The notes under the pieces: generated by a model
The model's input: only the letters and a program-made list of their open reading frames with translations
Database searches by the model: none
Told to the model about the DNA's origin: nothing
Made by a program: the position numbers and the translations under genes
NCBI GenBank assembly: GCA_963772725.1
Contig: CAVYYI010000005.1
Location: 96,001-160,000, forward strand
Direction: 5' to 3'
Length of the DNA stretch: 64,000 nucleotides
From: an uncultured Phycisphaerales bacterium
GTDB taxonomy: Bacteria > Planctomycetota > Phycisphaerae > Sedimentisphaerales > Anaerobacaceae
Shown: piece after piece, positions 21,890-34,642 of the stretch
Numbering within the stretch: the stretch's first letter is position 1
Layout of the letters: every line of letters starts with the position of its first letter

Positions 21890-23494
21890 TCATATTCTTA
21901 TTTTTTTGCCACGGGGTAAAAGCTGGGCGAGCAGGAGCGTCAGGATTGCCCAAGCAAGTCCGTAAGTTAAGCCGACAAAAACGGTGGAGGCCAGAATAAT
22001 CAGCCAAATCGCGAACTGCACCTGACAGTAAGGGACAGTTATTGTTTCCTTATACGCATACCAATATTTAAAATTACGTACCGCGCCCAAAATCGCCGCT
22101 AAACCAATAACAAGATAAATACCCAAAACCGCGTAAACAAAAGCCGGAAAATCTGTACTTATTTTTACTTCACTGCCTTGTACCGGCATCCTCGTAAGAG
22201 CAAACAGCATCGCCGCCTCGCCGAGATACGGCGCATCGGTCGCGTTTGAAAGCATTCGCGGCATTACCAAAGTACCGTCGGCCAGAGGCCACGAAATCGC
22301 GACAGCCTCAACACTGAGCGGATTAGCGTGGTCGAAACGTCCATTTGCGCGGGCTGTACCGATACCGAACGCCGACGCTGAAACGCCGAAACCGGCTATA
22401 ACAGGGCCGGAGTCAACATCAAAATACCATTCACTGGCGGGGTCGCCTTTGGGAAATTCTCTAAAACCATAAAACCCATACCGTTTTTGCCAGAAATAAT
22501 TGTCATAGAGAACGTACCATTTTTTTGCCTCTTCAGGCCACAGGTACGGCGCCCAGTTAAGAATCCATTGAGTCGAACAGCCGCGTGCTCCGCCGTCCGC
22601 TTCCCCTGTTTTGGCATTGGCAAAATAAGGCGGAAGTCCTGTATATGTGTCAATGAGGCTGCCCTGAAATCCGCGGATTGACCTGTTTATAAACTCGCTA
22701 TGGTTTGTGCCGAGCAGGCCGTCCGCGCGTTTTATCGCCGCCAGAGCAACAGCAACATCTGTCGGATAGCATTGGCCGGGATAATCATCGAGCAGGCCGT
22801 AAGGGGATTTATCAATTTCGTCGCTGAGGCTTTCAACCTGGTCGGCAAGAAGACCGAAATATTTTGTGTCACCAAGAAGTTTCTGATAACTCGTCAAACC
22901 GCTGATAATAAGCATACGATAAAACAAATTTTCCTTGTGCAGATAATTTTTGCCCCAGTGTTTTTTTACCCATGCGGCCTGGTTGGGGTCAGCAATCAGA
23001 GCGGCCGCGGCTTCGATTGCGCCAGCCGCATAATCTTTTGGCGCAGACGACGATTGCGTCTTATCCTGTTCCCATGTCTGCTGGAGGGATTCGGTGGCCC
23101 ATAGATAAAAGACCGAACCAAAGAGAGGCCATTCAGTGCCGGAGACATTTTCAACATCAAGATGTTTTGCCTTATCGCTGGCGAGGCGCTGCTTTGCCCA
23201 GTTCTCATATCGAGGCGATAAATTACGATGCAGCCAAGCGGCGTACATCGGTATTTGCGGCTCATTCAAGGCAGGGTCGGTCAGATGATACAGAATTATC
23301 CCAAATGGAATGATGAAAAAATAGACGGCTAAATAGATGACGACAGCAGTGTTTACATAAAGGCACAATGTTGCAGGCCAAAATGATTTGCGCTCAGGCC
23401 GCGAAGCGCTTTCCGAAGGTTCTTCCCTATGTTTCAGAGGCAGCCGGTCTAACGTGTTTTCTATTCCCGATTTCGCCGATTCCTTTTCTTCCAT
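21890..23494 (-). CDS. Membrane-anchored hypothetical protein, possible (alpha/alpha) barrel of linalool dehydratase-like type
   Basis: N- and C-terminal TM helices; LLDDYPGQCYP and DVDSGP motifs; fold call tentative. Confidence 0.55.
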   Translation of the reverse strand: MEEKESAKSGIENTLDRLPLKHREEPSESASRPERKSFWPATLCLYVNTAVVIYLAVYFFIIPFGIILYHLTDPALNEPQIPMYAAWLHRNLSPRYENWAKQRLASDKAKHLDVENVSGTEWPLFGSVFYLWATESLQQTWEQDKTQSSSAPKDYAAGAIEAAAALIADPNQAAWVKKHWGKNYLHKENLFYRMLIISGLTSYQKLLGDTKYFGLLADQVESLSDEIDKSPYGLLDDYPGQCYPTDVAVALAAIKRADGLLGTNHSEFINRSIRGFQGSLIDTYTGLPPYFANAKTGEADGGARGCSTQWILNWAPYLWPEEAKKWYVLYDNYFWQKRYGFYGFREFPKGDPASEWYFDVDSGPVIAGFGVSASAFGIGTARANGRFDHANPLSVEAVAISWPLADGTLVMPRMLSNATDAPYLGEAAMLFALTRMPVQGSEVKISTDFPAFVYAVLGIYLVIGLAAILGAVRNFKYWYAYKETITVPYCQVQFAIWLIILASTVFVGLTYGLAWAILTLLLAQLLPRGKKIRI

Positions 23495-23551
23495 GATTAA
23501 ATCCTTTGCGAAAAACGAATATACGTTACCCAATAGCTGTTTTATATCAAA

Positions 23552-24652
23552 TCAGGTCAGGAATTTCAAAATAATCTTTTTGTAATATTCGACGCCTTTT
23601 TCAACATCAGCGATGTCAATATATTCATCGGGTTTGTGACACAGTTCGACTTTGCCAGGGCCGAAAATCACTATCGGCACGCCCAGCGGCACAAAATACG
23701 GCCCATCTGTACTAAAGCCGACAGCTGTTGTCTTATTTATCGCGACCGCCTTACAGAAATCCTTTACAAAAGCCGAATAGTTATCGGTTTCGAGGGCACC
23801 GGAGTTTCTCGCGACAGAGACCTGGGCATTAAACTGTTTATTTTTTCGTTTTATTTTTTTAAATATCTTTTCGACATCGGAAATTATCTTTTTAGAGTTT
23901 TGCCGGACTGTCAGGCGAAAATCGACACATATCTCACAGTGGTCGGGGATAACGTTGACAGCTTTACCGCCTGAAATCGTATTGACACTCATCGAGCATT
24001 CTTTAGACAATTTGTTTTGCCTGTAATCTTCAAGTTCGTTTAATAGTGCCGCCATCAGGCTTATCGCGTTTATTCCGAGTTCAGGCGTAGAGCCGTGAGC
24101 GGTTCGACCCTTGGTTGTGATTTTAAGCCACAATAATCCTCTGTGCGCAGTAACAATATCAAAGCCAGTCGGCTCAGGAACAATAACGCCGGCCAGTTTA
24201 GGCATCCTTGGCATATTCCGCATAAATCTTTTTGCCCCGCAACTGTCGGTTTCCTCGCCCGCGGCGCCGAAGAAAATTATATCGCCCTTCAGTTTAGTGC
24301 CCGAGTCGATAATCTGCCGAATCGCGGTAACTATCGCCGTAGTGCCGCCCTTCATATCGGTTGAACCTCTGCCGAGAATCCTGCCCTTATTTTGTGCGCC
24401 CGAAAAAGGCGCCGTCTTCCATTTTACCTCGCCGGGCGGAACAACATCGAGATGACACGCGAACAACAGCGCCGGCCTTTGTCCCGCGGATTTAATATGC
24501 GTGATAATGTTTGCCCTGATGGAGTCCCATTTATCTATGCGGGATTTTATACCCGATTCAGCGAACTGGGCGGCGATTATTTCCGCGACAGCGGCTTCAC
24601 CTTTTTCTGATGTGGAATCGGCCTGTACAAGTTTTTTCAAAAGCTCTTTCAT
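23552..24652 (-). CDS. M20 family metallopeptidase (ArgE/DapE-like)
   Basis: HLDVVP, GRGSTDMKGG, GEE, AHGSTP, HKPDEY. Confidence 0.9.
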   Translation of the reverse strand: MKELLKKLVQADSTSEKGEAAVAEIIAAQFAESGIKSRIDKWDSIRANIITHIKSAGQRPALLFACHLDVVPPGEVKWKTAPFSGAQNKGRILGRGSTDMKGGTTAIVTAIRQIIDSGTKLKGDIIFFGAAGEETDSCGAKRFMRNMPRMPKLAGVIVPEPTGFDIVTAHRGLLWLKITTKGRTAHGSTPELGINAISLMAALLNELEDYRQNKLSKECSMSVNTISGGKAVNVIPDHCEICVDFRLTVRQNSKKIISDVEKIFKKIKRKNKQFNAQVSVARNSGALETDNYSAFVKDFCKAVAINKTTAVGFSTDGPYFVPLGVPIVIFGPGKVELCHKPDEYIDIADVEKGVEYYKKIILKFLT

Positions 24653-24661
24653 AAGTCACAG

Positions 24662-25510
24662 TTAAAAACTATTAAAGTATTCCGGTTTGCCGTCGTCGCT
24701 GTCGTAATTGGTTTGGTCCTGGCCCTCCTGGCAGAGACAAACCCGCTCAATGCGTTCAGCTTTTCTGGTGTTGCTGTCCACGGTAACGATGATACCGTTC
24801 ATTCGCACGTCGCCGGTCGCCACATCATACGGAAATGGCATCTGCGTCCTGAAGGATTTCACGACATTTTCAACGCCTCTGCCCAGTACTGAATTATGCG
24901 TGCCGGTCATACCGATATCCGTAATATATGCCGTACCTTTGTCGCGTATTTTTTCATCGGCGGTTACAACATGGGTATGCGTTCCGAAGACGCAGGAGAC
25001 CTTGCCGTCAAGATAATACCCCATCGCGATTTTTTCGCTGGTGGCCTCGGCGTGAAAATCGACAAAAACCACCTCCGCCTTTTGCTGAAGCTGCGGAAGC
25101 AGTTTATCAATCGCGGCAAAGGGACAATCCGCGGGCTTCATAAAAATCCGTCCGATGAGTGACACCGCCGCCACCGTGGGGCCTTTGCCGGTCTTGTATA
25201 TCGCAGCCCCCCTGCCGGCAGCCTGCTCAGAAAGATTTGCGGGCCGAACGAGATTGTCCGCCGTTTCGAGAGTGGAAATTATGTCCCTTTTGCGATAAGT
25301 GTGGTCACCCAGTGTAATAAGGTTCACGCCATAACGCTGCAGCTTGTCGTAAATTTGCGGCGTAAGACCCGAACCACCAGCAACGTTTTCAGCGTTGGCT
25401 ATCACGCAGTCAATGTCATTTTCCTTAACAAACGGCCATAGCTTATCCGCCAGAATCCGCCTGCCCGGCCGACCAACTATATCACCTATACATAATACGT
25501 TAACTTTCAT
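24662..25510 (-). CDS. ymdB: YmdB-family metallophosphoesterase
   Basis: GDIVGRPGR, NAEN, DFHAEATSEK, GTHTHV; downstream of rny. Confidence 0.92.
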   Translation of the reverse strand: MKVNVLCIGDIVGRPGRRILADKLWPFVKENDIDCVIANAENVAGGSGLTPQIYDKLQRYGVNLITLGDHTYRKRDIISTLETADNLVRPANLSEQAAGRGAAIYKTGKGPTVAAVSLIGRIFMKPADCPFAAIDKLLPQLQQKAEVVFVDFHAEATSEKIAMGYYLDGKVSCVFGTHTHVVTADEKIRDKGTAYITDIGMTGTHNSVLGRGVENVVKSFRTQMPFPYDVATGDVRMNGIIVTVDSNTRKAERIERVCLCQEGQDQTNYDSDDGKPEYFNSF

Positions 25511-25530
25511 CAGTTAATCCCACAAGGATT

Positions 25531-26015
25531 AAATCCGAAATTCGAATATCGAAATCCAAAACAAATCACAACAAATCTAAATTGCACAATGTTCAAAACT
25601 ATGGGAATTTTACTCACTTTTTCGTGCGATTGCGCCGAAAATATTTGTTAATTCACCAGCTTCCTGCTCAAGTTCCACCTTTTTAGCAACGGCTGGGCTA
25701 TTGCTGTCGGTATCAATCAATCGCAGCCAATATTTGCTTTCTTTAGCTTCTTTTCGGCATATTTTAATTCGCATAAGAAAATCTTTTTTACTCAGTGCCT
25801 CATTTGCCTCAATGTAGTTGGCCCCAACGGAACCTGATGACCTGACAAGCTGTTTAACGTCTTCGAGATTTGCGATATCTTTATGTACAGCTCTAACAAA
25901 TTCCCTAACACCTTTGGCAAATTCAAAAGTTCTGTCTTCAAGGTCATATTGTTTTGAATTTTGCATTTCAGTCATTCAAATTTACTTCGGATTTCGATAT
26001 TCTTATTTCGAATTT
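25531..26015. mobile_element. Inverted-repeat-bracketed cassette carrying the four-helix-bundle gene
   Basis: 25531-25566 vs reverse complement of 25980-26015: 30/36 identical; 7-nt CGAAATC-type units. Confidence 0.7.
25610..25975 (-). CDS. Four helix bundle protein (23S rRNA IVS protein/bAvd-like family)
   Basis: QLVRSSGSVGANYIEA...SKKDF....ICRKEAKESKYWL. Confidence 0.92.
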   Translation of the reverse strand: MTEMQNSKQYDLEDRTFEFAKGVREFVRAVHKDIANLEDVKQLVRSSGSVGANYIEANEALSKKDFLMRIKICRKEAKESKYWLRLIDTDSNSPAVAKKVELEQEAGELTNIFGAIARKSE

Positions 26016-26018
26016 CTT

Positions 26019-27601
26019 TTATCTTGCGTACTCGATGCAGCGCACTTCACGCAGCAGCGTTACCTGTATTTCGCCCGGATAAGTCATTTCTTCTTCAATC
26101 TTCTTGGCGATATCACGGGCGACTTTCGTTGCGGACTCGTCATCGACCTTTTCAGCATTGACAATTACCCGGATTTCCCGGCCGGCCTGAATGGCATACG
26201 CGTTTTCAACGCCCTTGAAACTGTTGGCGATTTCCTCAAGTTTCTCAAGCCGCTTGATATACCTTTCGAGCGTTTCTCTTCTTGCGCCAGGTCTTGATGC
26301 GCTGATAGCGTCTGCTGCTGCAATAAGCGGAGTATAAGGATTGTCCGCGGGAATATCGCCGTGATGTGCCTCGACGGCATTCAAAATTATCGGTGATTCA
26401 TTAAACCGTTTGAGGAAATTTGCCGCCAATGGCAGGATGTCCGCCTTCTATTTCGTGGTCAATGGCCTTGCCGATATCGTGCAGCAAGTCCCGCCCGTCT
26501 GGCTATTGAACCGTCCAGGCCGAGTTCATCGGCCATAACCTGCGCCAGAAATGCGACTTCCATGCTGTGCCGAAGAACGTTTTGTCCATAACTTGTTCGG
26601 TAATTCAATGCACCGAGCAGACTCAAAATCCTGTTGTTCAGTCCTCTTACATTGGTCTCAACAGCGGCATCCTTACCTATTTGCAGCACCTTGTCGTTGA
26701 CTTCCTTTTTCGTCTGGGCGACAAGTTCCTCAATGCGGGACGGATGAATTCGTCCATCCTGAATGAGTTTTTCCATCGAAAGCCTGGCAACTTCTCGCCT
26801 GACGGGATTAAATCCGCTGACGATAATCATCCCAGGCGTATCATCCACTATAACATCGACGCCGGTAGCCTTTTCAAATGCGCGAATATTGCGTCCTTCA
26901 CGGCCGATTATGCGCCCTTTCATATCATCATTGGGGATTTCCACTGTCGAAACCGCCACTTCGCAGGTCTGCTCAGAGGCATAACGCTGAATCGCGGTAC
27001 TGATTATTTCTCGGCTCTTTTCCTCAACCTTTTCGTTGGTTTCCTCGACCTTGCGCTGAATCAGCGTGGACATCTCTTGCTCACATTCATCCTCAAGACG
27101 TTTGAGCAAAAGCTCTTTGGCCTCGTCGGCGTTCATCGCGGTGATTTTAAGTAACTGATTCTTCTGCTGTACTAATAACGCCGACAACTGCTTTTCCTTG
27201 CTGTCGATGTTGCTTAATCTCCTCTCAACCTCTTTTTCCTGCTGCTTGAAAGAATCCTCACGCTTGGCGAATATTTCCGTCTGACGATCGAGAGAGTCCT
27301 CACGCTTGGTTAATCGCATCTCGATTTCACGCAATTCCGCGCGAATCTTATTAGTTTCAGCGTTAAATACCTCTCTTCGCTTCATAACCTCAGAAGCTGA
27401 ATCTATCTGGGCGGACTTGATTATATTTTCCGCTTCTCTCTTGGCGTCTTCAATCTGACGCGACAGGTTGCCTTTCACTGTCTCGGTCTTTTTTCTGGAG
27501 ATTATCTGCGCAACTATGGCCATAAGGCAAATCCCCAGCACAAAACCGACAACAATGTAAAGCGGTACCTGGTAGCCTATCTGCATTATCATGGTATCCA
27601 T
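26019..27601 (-). CDS. rny: Ribonuclease Y (frameshift in HD region)
   Basis: TM anchor, coiled coil, [38 protein letters not shown]. Confidence 0.95.
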
Positions 27602-27646
27602 TTTTTTCACCTTTCATTGATGTTGAAATAAAACAACAATTCTCGC

Positions 27647-27827
27647 TTAATGCAGACAGATTAGCGGTCTTTAGACAGGAATGCCGCAAAGGCAGGTATG
27701 AACACGAAATCCTCTTGGTCAGAGCAAAAAATCAGCCATTGGGTGTTGAAATCGCCATAAAAAGCGTGGTTTCTCTTCTCAAAACCGCGTCCGCTTTTAA
27801 ATCCGCTGATTCTAAGCCTGACATTAA
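27647..27827 (-). ncRNA. ssrS: Probable 6S RNA
   Basis: ~181 nt, self-complementary ends (TTAATG.CAG...AGCGG pairing with CCGCT...CTGCATTAA), immediately upstream of rny; no covariance search run. Confidence 0.55.
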
Positions 27828-28326
27828 AACCGGTTTTCCGGCAATCAAAAGGGGTTTTAATAGACTTCGTTTCACAATAACTTCACTTTTCTTTTGTTAC
27901 GCAGGGCATCTAAACACAAAAATCAATCTCAGTCTCTTCAATGATGCCCCAAAAAGCTTATTTTAACCTAACCGTCCTTTGGATAAAGGCTTATCGCCAT
28001 TTTCCTGCTTCGTTAGTCCCGACATTAAACAACACAAAAACTACTCTGTTTAATTGCGAGACAAACCACAATCTTGTTCAGCATTTAGCAAACTACTGAC
28101 TATCTATATTTATATATCGCCCTTTGACAAAGGTCAAGTTAAAACTTTCCCCAAAAATCACCTTCGACAGCAAAAAAATAATTTTTTTTATAAGACGTTA
28201 ATTTGGGCAATTTTATTTCACCAAGAAATTCACTAATTCTTTAGTTTTTCTTACGCTATTTTTAGATTAGTTAGCCATAACCCATTTATTGTCAAGATGT
28301 TACAGCTTGTTTTAATTTTTTTGTCT

Positions 28327-28376
28327 TTTGACAATTTGAATTTTTTTAGGATTTAGGAATTAGTGTTTAGGGTTTG
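28327..28376. repeat. Orphan heptamer-repeat arm similar to the four-helix-bundle flanks
   Basis: TTTGAATTTTTTTAGGATTTAGGAATTAGTGTTTAGGGTTT, 7-nt periodicity. Confidence 0.5.
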
Positions 28377-28472
28377 ATTGCGCCCAATGATTGTCTTAGG
28401 ATTAACCTGCCCCTTACTTCTGCCGATACAACCATTGAAATTTGTAATATTTGTTGTGTAAGGAGCCTTAAA

Positions 28473-28809
28473 ATGGGTATTCAGAACTGGTCGCAGGATA
28501 TTATTCTTGTGGATTTAATGGAAGAACCGAACACCTCGGATGAGTTAAAAGAGGTTACGGAAATGGTTCGGGACAGGGGTGATTGCAATGTCGTTATAGA
28601 CTTTTCCAGCATCGATATCGTAACATCTTCAAGCCTTTCCGCCCTATTGAGGTCTGCGAAAACTCCTGGCCGACTGCGGACAACGCCTGATATTCTGCAA
28701 CGTTGCCCCCGCCACGAAACGTGTTTTTGTGTTATCCGGCATCGACGGAATCTTTGAATTTACCGATGATAAGTTCTTCGCCTTAACTTCCGTCCAAATG
28801 GCTAATTAA
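28473..28809 (+). CDS. STAS-domain anti-sigma factor antagonist (frameshifted)
   Basis: VVIDFSSIDIVTSSSLSALL; AGGAG SD. Confidence 0.8.
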
Positions 28810-28881
28810 TACCCGCGATTTATTCGCTGGGTTTTATTCAAGCTCGCCGCGACCCGCTGGAGGGAGGCAGGTCGCACGCGG

Positions 28882-29457
28882 CTATTTTATTTCGTTCGGC
28901 TCATTTGGCTCATCTTTCCACTTCAACCAGCTTAAGTTACCTGCCTTTATAAAACATATGTTGCCGCCGGTAAATACAATATTACAACCGTCCCCTTTAT
29001 GATTTTCAAAACTCAATAATTCCGGCCCGCCATGCTGATTCCAGTCATTGCCATCTGAGCGGTAACCTGTTTCAAACAGCAAAACCAATCCCGGCGGCGC
29101 ATACGCTGTTTTGACATTCGGATTCATCGCGTAATTGCACCGCCCTTTCTTATGACCTTTAAAATCCTTTTCTTTGGCATAGCCGTATTTTACAAGATAG
29201 TCGCACCATTTATCCGCTGGCGGAAATTTGTCATCCCAGTCATTAGCATAAAGAAACATTGCTTTTGCAAGAGCCGATAGATGATTTCCGCACACCAGTT
29301 TATATGCAATACTTCGCGTCCTTGAAGATGTAACCGCATCTTCAAGAATTATCCAAATTGATAGAGCTAAAGTTGCTATTAGCACGACAGCTAAAATTAC
29401 ACTCAGTTTATTTTTTTGAGATTTTTTGCCTTGCCCGTTTTTCTCTGCCTCGCTCAT
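28882..29457 (-). CDS. Membrane-anchored protein, DUF1559/H-X9-DG-like
   Basis: TM then C.NHLSALAKAMFLYANDWDDKFP; C-terminal NHKGDGCNIVFTGG. Confidence 0.65.
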   Translation of the reverse strand: MSEAEKNGQGKKSQKNKLSVILAVVLIATLALSIWIILEDAVTSSRTRSIAYKLVCGNHLSALAKAMFLYANDWDDKFPPADKWCDYLVKYGYAKEKDFKGHKKGRCNYAMNPNVKTAYAPPGLVLLFETGYRSDGNDWNQHGGPELLSFENHKGDGCNIVFTGGNICFIKAGNLSWLKWKDEPNEPNEIK

Positions 29458-29632
29458 ATTATGTTCCCTTTCGTAAATCAGTGTAAATCCAGAGTTAATC
29501 GGTGTCAAACCAAAAACTTAAAGACTCTGCATAACGACACTTTGTTATAACCGAGCTTAGAGGCTCAGGTTTCATAGTTTATCAGCATTGAAACAATTAA
29601 GGATAAACAATAATCACCAAAATTATTGAAAT

Positions 29633-29669
29633 AAAAAACCGGCGGGAATTTTGTTATCTCCCGCCGGTT
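29633..29669 (-). terminator. Rho-independent terminator of gdhA
   Basis: AACCGGCGGGA/TCCCGCCGGTT stem with T-run on the minus strand. Confidence 0.8.
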
Positions 29670-29701
29670 ATTAACGTTTCACTTTTCTATTTCAGTGTGG
29701 T

Positions 29702-31079
<1,378 letters not shown>

Positions 31080-31080
31080 T

Positions 31081-31197
31081 TAATTGCGCAAAATAAGTTA
31101 AACTGATTTTATGTTTATTTTGGCAACACTAAGCTTGATATTATACTCTTCCTCTTAAAGCAGTAATAAACGATTTATTGTAATATGTCTTATTAGT
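31081..31197. promoter_or_regulatory. gdhA upstream block, copy 1 of duplicated regulatory region
   Basis: Aligns to 34643-34759. Confidence 0.75.
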
Positions 31198-31299
31198 TTT
31201 TTTTATAATTTATTTAAGAATGCTTAAGCTGTTGTGTAATTTGAAGAAGTGATGTTTTCAACGGATTGACCACAATTAAATTGAACAGGATTTATTTAT

Positions 31300-33875
31300 A
31301 TGCGCAGGTTCGCTAATGTTTTAATTGGTGCGGCGGTGGTGATGGTTTTTAGTGTTGTGTCGCGGGCGAGTGATGTGACGATAGTGTGTCCGGGAAAAGG
31401 GGGAGTGCATGAGCAATTGGCGGCTAAGGAGATTCGCAGGTATTTGTATTTGCGGACGGGTGAACTGCTGCCGATTATCTGGGGGAGCGAGAAACTGCCT
31501 GTAAAGGGTGATTTGATTATTGCGGGACAGAAGGATAGGAAAATCATCAGGGATTTGATCGGAACCGATGAGAAACTCAAATCGTCTGTGGCATCTCTGG
31601 CCGCTCAGCAGTATCAGATAAAAACGCTCGTACTAAACGGCCGCAAGGTTGTACTGATAGCTGGCGGGGATACTATGGGAGCGCTTTACGGAGTGTATCG
31701 ATTTATCGAACATTTTGGGGTGCGGTTTTATCTGCATGGGGATACAATTCCGGATGGGAAAATTCCTATGCTTTTGCCGGAACTGGACGAGCAGGGTAAA
31801 CCGTTATTTCCTTTGCGGGGGATTCAGCCTTTTCACGATTTTCCAGAGGGGCCTGACTGGTGGAATATTGACGATTACAAAGCGGTGCTGACGCAACTGC
31901 CGAAACTGCGGATGAATTTTATCGGTTTACACACCTATCCTGAAAGCGGACACGGACCTGAGCCGCTTGTGTGGATTGGGGTTAAAGAGGACATCGACAA
32001 GAACGGCACACCTAAGTACAGTTCGCCGGCGAGACATTTTACTACTGTCAGCGGGACGTGGGGTTATCAGCCGATGGACACCAACGACTATAAATTTGGC
32101 GCAGCAATGATGTATGACAGAAATGCTTACGGCGCAGATTATATGAGAGGGATAACCCCGTGGCCTGACACATTCGCCAAACGCAATGAGCTTTCTATTC
32201 GAGTCGGTAATATGCTTAAAGAGACGTTTGTTTTCGCTCATAAGTTCGATATTAAAACATGCGTCGGAACTGAGACACCGTTGACGATTCCCGAATCCGT
32301 GAAGGAACATCTTCAGGCAAAAGGCAAAGACTCTGCTTCGCAGGCGGCCTTGCAGGAAGTTTATGAGGGGATGTTCCAGTGGATTATGAAGAATTATCCT
32401 TTGGATTATTACTGGCTTTGGACGCCGGAGGACTGGACATGGAAAAAAGTTGAAGACTCACAGGTTCAGAAAACACAGGATGATATTCTTACAGCGGTGG
32501 CGGCAGCAAAAAAAGTTAAGGCGACGTTTACTTTGGCGACGTGCGGCTGGGTCTTGGGGCCGCCTAAAGACAGGGCGCAGTTTGATAATGTTTTGCCGAA
32601 GGAGATGCCTTTTAGCTGCATAAGCCGTATGTTCGGAGGGACTCCTGTTGATGAAGGGTTTGAGCATATAAAAGGTCGTGAGAAATGGGCGATACCGTGG
32701 ATGGAAGATGACCCTGCTATGACGATACCGCAGCTTTGGGCGGGGCGTATGCGTCAAGACGCAGCCGATTCACTCGTTTACGGCTGCACCGGTCTTATGG
32801 GCATTCATTGGCGTACACGGGTAATCGCACCTAACATTTCCGCACTGGCGCAGGCGGGTTGGGACCAAAACTGGAATAAAGATTTTGAAAAGAAGGCTGA
32901 AGTTTCAGATGTGAATCAAATCAAAGATATATCTGTGGATGATTTTTATGTGGACTGGGCAACAGCAGAGTTTGGTTCAGAAGCGGCAGAGCAGATTGCC
33001 AAAATATTTGCTGACAAAGATGGAGGAGGGCGGACAAAAACTAATGAACAACGGGCGAAATTACCGCGTCCTGCGCAATGGGTGAAAGGTCCAGGGGGAA
33101 TAAAGCCAAACCTAAAACCGTGGGAAGATGTTCGCAACGATTACGAGTTTGTAGATGAAATGGCAAAGCTGAGGCCGCAAATTAAAGGCGCGGGCAATCT
33201 TGAAAGATTCGATTATTGGCTGAATAATTTTCAGTATTTAAGAGCGTTTGGACAGCTTACATGTATATGGGGGGAGTATGAAAAAGCTATGGGAAAAGTC
33301 CAGGCTGAGAAAAAACCGGAAATCCAAAAACAACTTGCCGTTGAAAAGGCCCTGCCCCTGAGAAGGAAGATTATCGCAAAACTCACAGAAGCGCAGCAGT
33401 ATCTTATGGCGACAGTTTCAACGAACGGCGAATTGGGAACGGTAACGAACTGGCAGCAGCATCTTATGCCGACATTGCTCGATGCGCTGGAGAAGAACTA
33501 TCGAAAATACTTGACCAGGAGCTGCCTATTGATGCGGAAGCGACGAAGCGATACACGGGGCTGACCAGGATTATTGTTCCCACGGTGCGTACGAGCCTGA
33601 TGTCGGGAGAAGATCTGAAACTGAAAATTATTATCCTGTCGGAAAATCAGCCTTCACAGACGGGTCTGTATTGGCGGGATATGGGAAGCGAGAAATATGA
33701 GAAGATTGCCCTTACTCACGTTGCCCGCGGAGTTTATTCGGTTGTGATACCAGCGGGTAAAATTAAAAAGACGGATATCGAGTACCATATAAAAATAATG
33801 ACAAAATCCGGTCAGGAGCTTTATTATCCCGCAACCGCCCCGCAAATGAATCAAACCGTTGTAGTAATTGATTAA
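31300..33875 (+). CDS. Large secreted putative glycoside hydrolase (GH20/67/89-type N-terminal domain plus barrel); frameshift near 33490
   Basis: Signal peptide; IAGGD.MGALYGVYRF..HFGVRFY; RGIQPFHDFPEGPDWW. Confidence 0.65.
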
Positions 33876-33971
33876 TACTCTCAACCGTGCCCACAACGGA
33901 TAAATACCCCCGACATAAAGCCTGGAACTTCCGGATTAATTCTGTCTACTGTACTCTGTATTCTATTTTTA

Positions 33972-34439
33972 TCAGCCGACCTGGTTGTTCAGGTATTGCG
34001 GCAGACCCATCTGCTTTACCTGGTCCTGCTGAGTCTCGATTTCGTCAACGTGTTTATCTTCATCTTTCAAAATCGATTCGAGAAGTTCCTTTGTCGCATT
34101 ATCACTAACCTCCTGGGCAAGCTTAATCGCCGCGTTATAATTCTTGACTGCTCCCATTTCCGCGGCAAGGTCGTTATCAAACTGCTTGGGGACATCAGAA
34201 CCGATATGAATCGGGCTGAGTTTATCGACGATTGGGATGCCCTCCAAAAAAAGGATGCGTTCGATGAGCCTTTCGGCGTGTTTCATTTCCGTAACGGCAC
34301 GCGTGCGAATCAATTTGGTGAGCTTTTCGTAGCCCCAGTTCTCCACGATTGCCTCGTGTACCATGTACTGATTGATTGCGCCCAGCTCATCTGCCAGCAA
34401 CCCGTTGAGAGCCTGAATTAATTGTTGATTGCCTTTCAT
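33972..34439 (-). CDS. bfr: Bacterioferritin
   Basis: MKGN, EL.AINQY.VH, EMKHAE.LIERILFLEG, EDKH. Confidence 0.95.
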   Translation of the reverse strand: MKGNQQLIQALNGLLADELGAINQYMVHEAIVENWGYEKLTKLIRTRAVTEMKHAERLIERILFLEGIPIVDKLSPIHIGSDVPKQFDNDLAAEMGAVKNYNAAIKLAQEVSDNATKELLESILKDEDKHVDEIETQQDQVKQMGLPQYLNNQVG

Positions 34440-34642
34440 TCCTGTTCCCCCTTTCAATTTGAAGGAAAAGTTAAATCTATATTTAATTCATGGTCCCGCT
34501 TGACCATTTTACCAAACGCATTAACAGATATTATAACATCCGCTTTTTGCATGTCCATACCAAATTGGTTTAAATTTCATAAAAATAGAGGCGGGGCGGC
34601 GACATAAACAATATTTTCAAAAAAGTGTCAATTGCTGCTTTC

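Noticed and set aside
25610..25975. Diversity-generating retroelement (Avd-like gene)
   Set aside because: No reverse transcriptase and no TR/VR pair with adenine-specific mismatches seen in the window.
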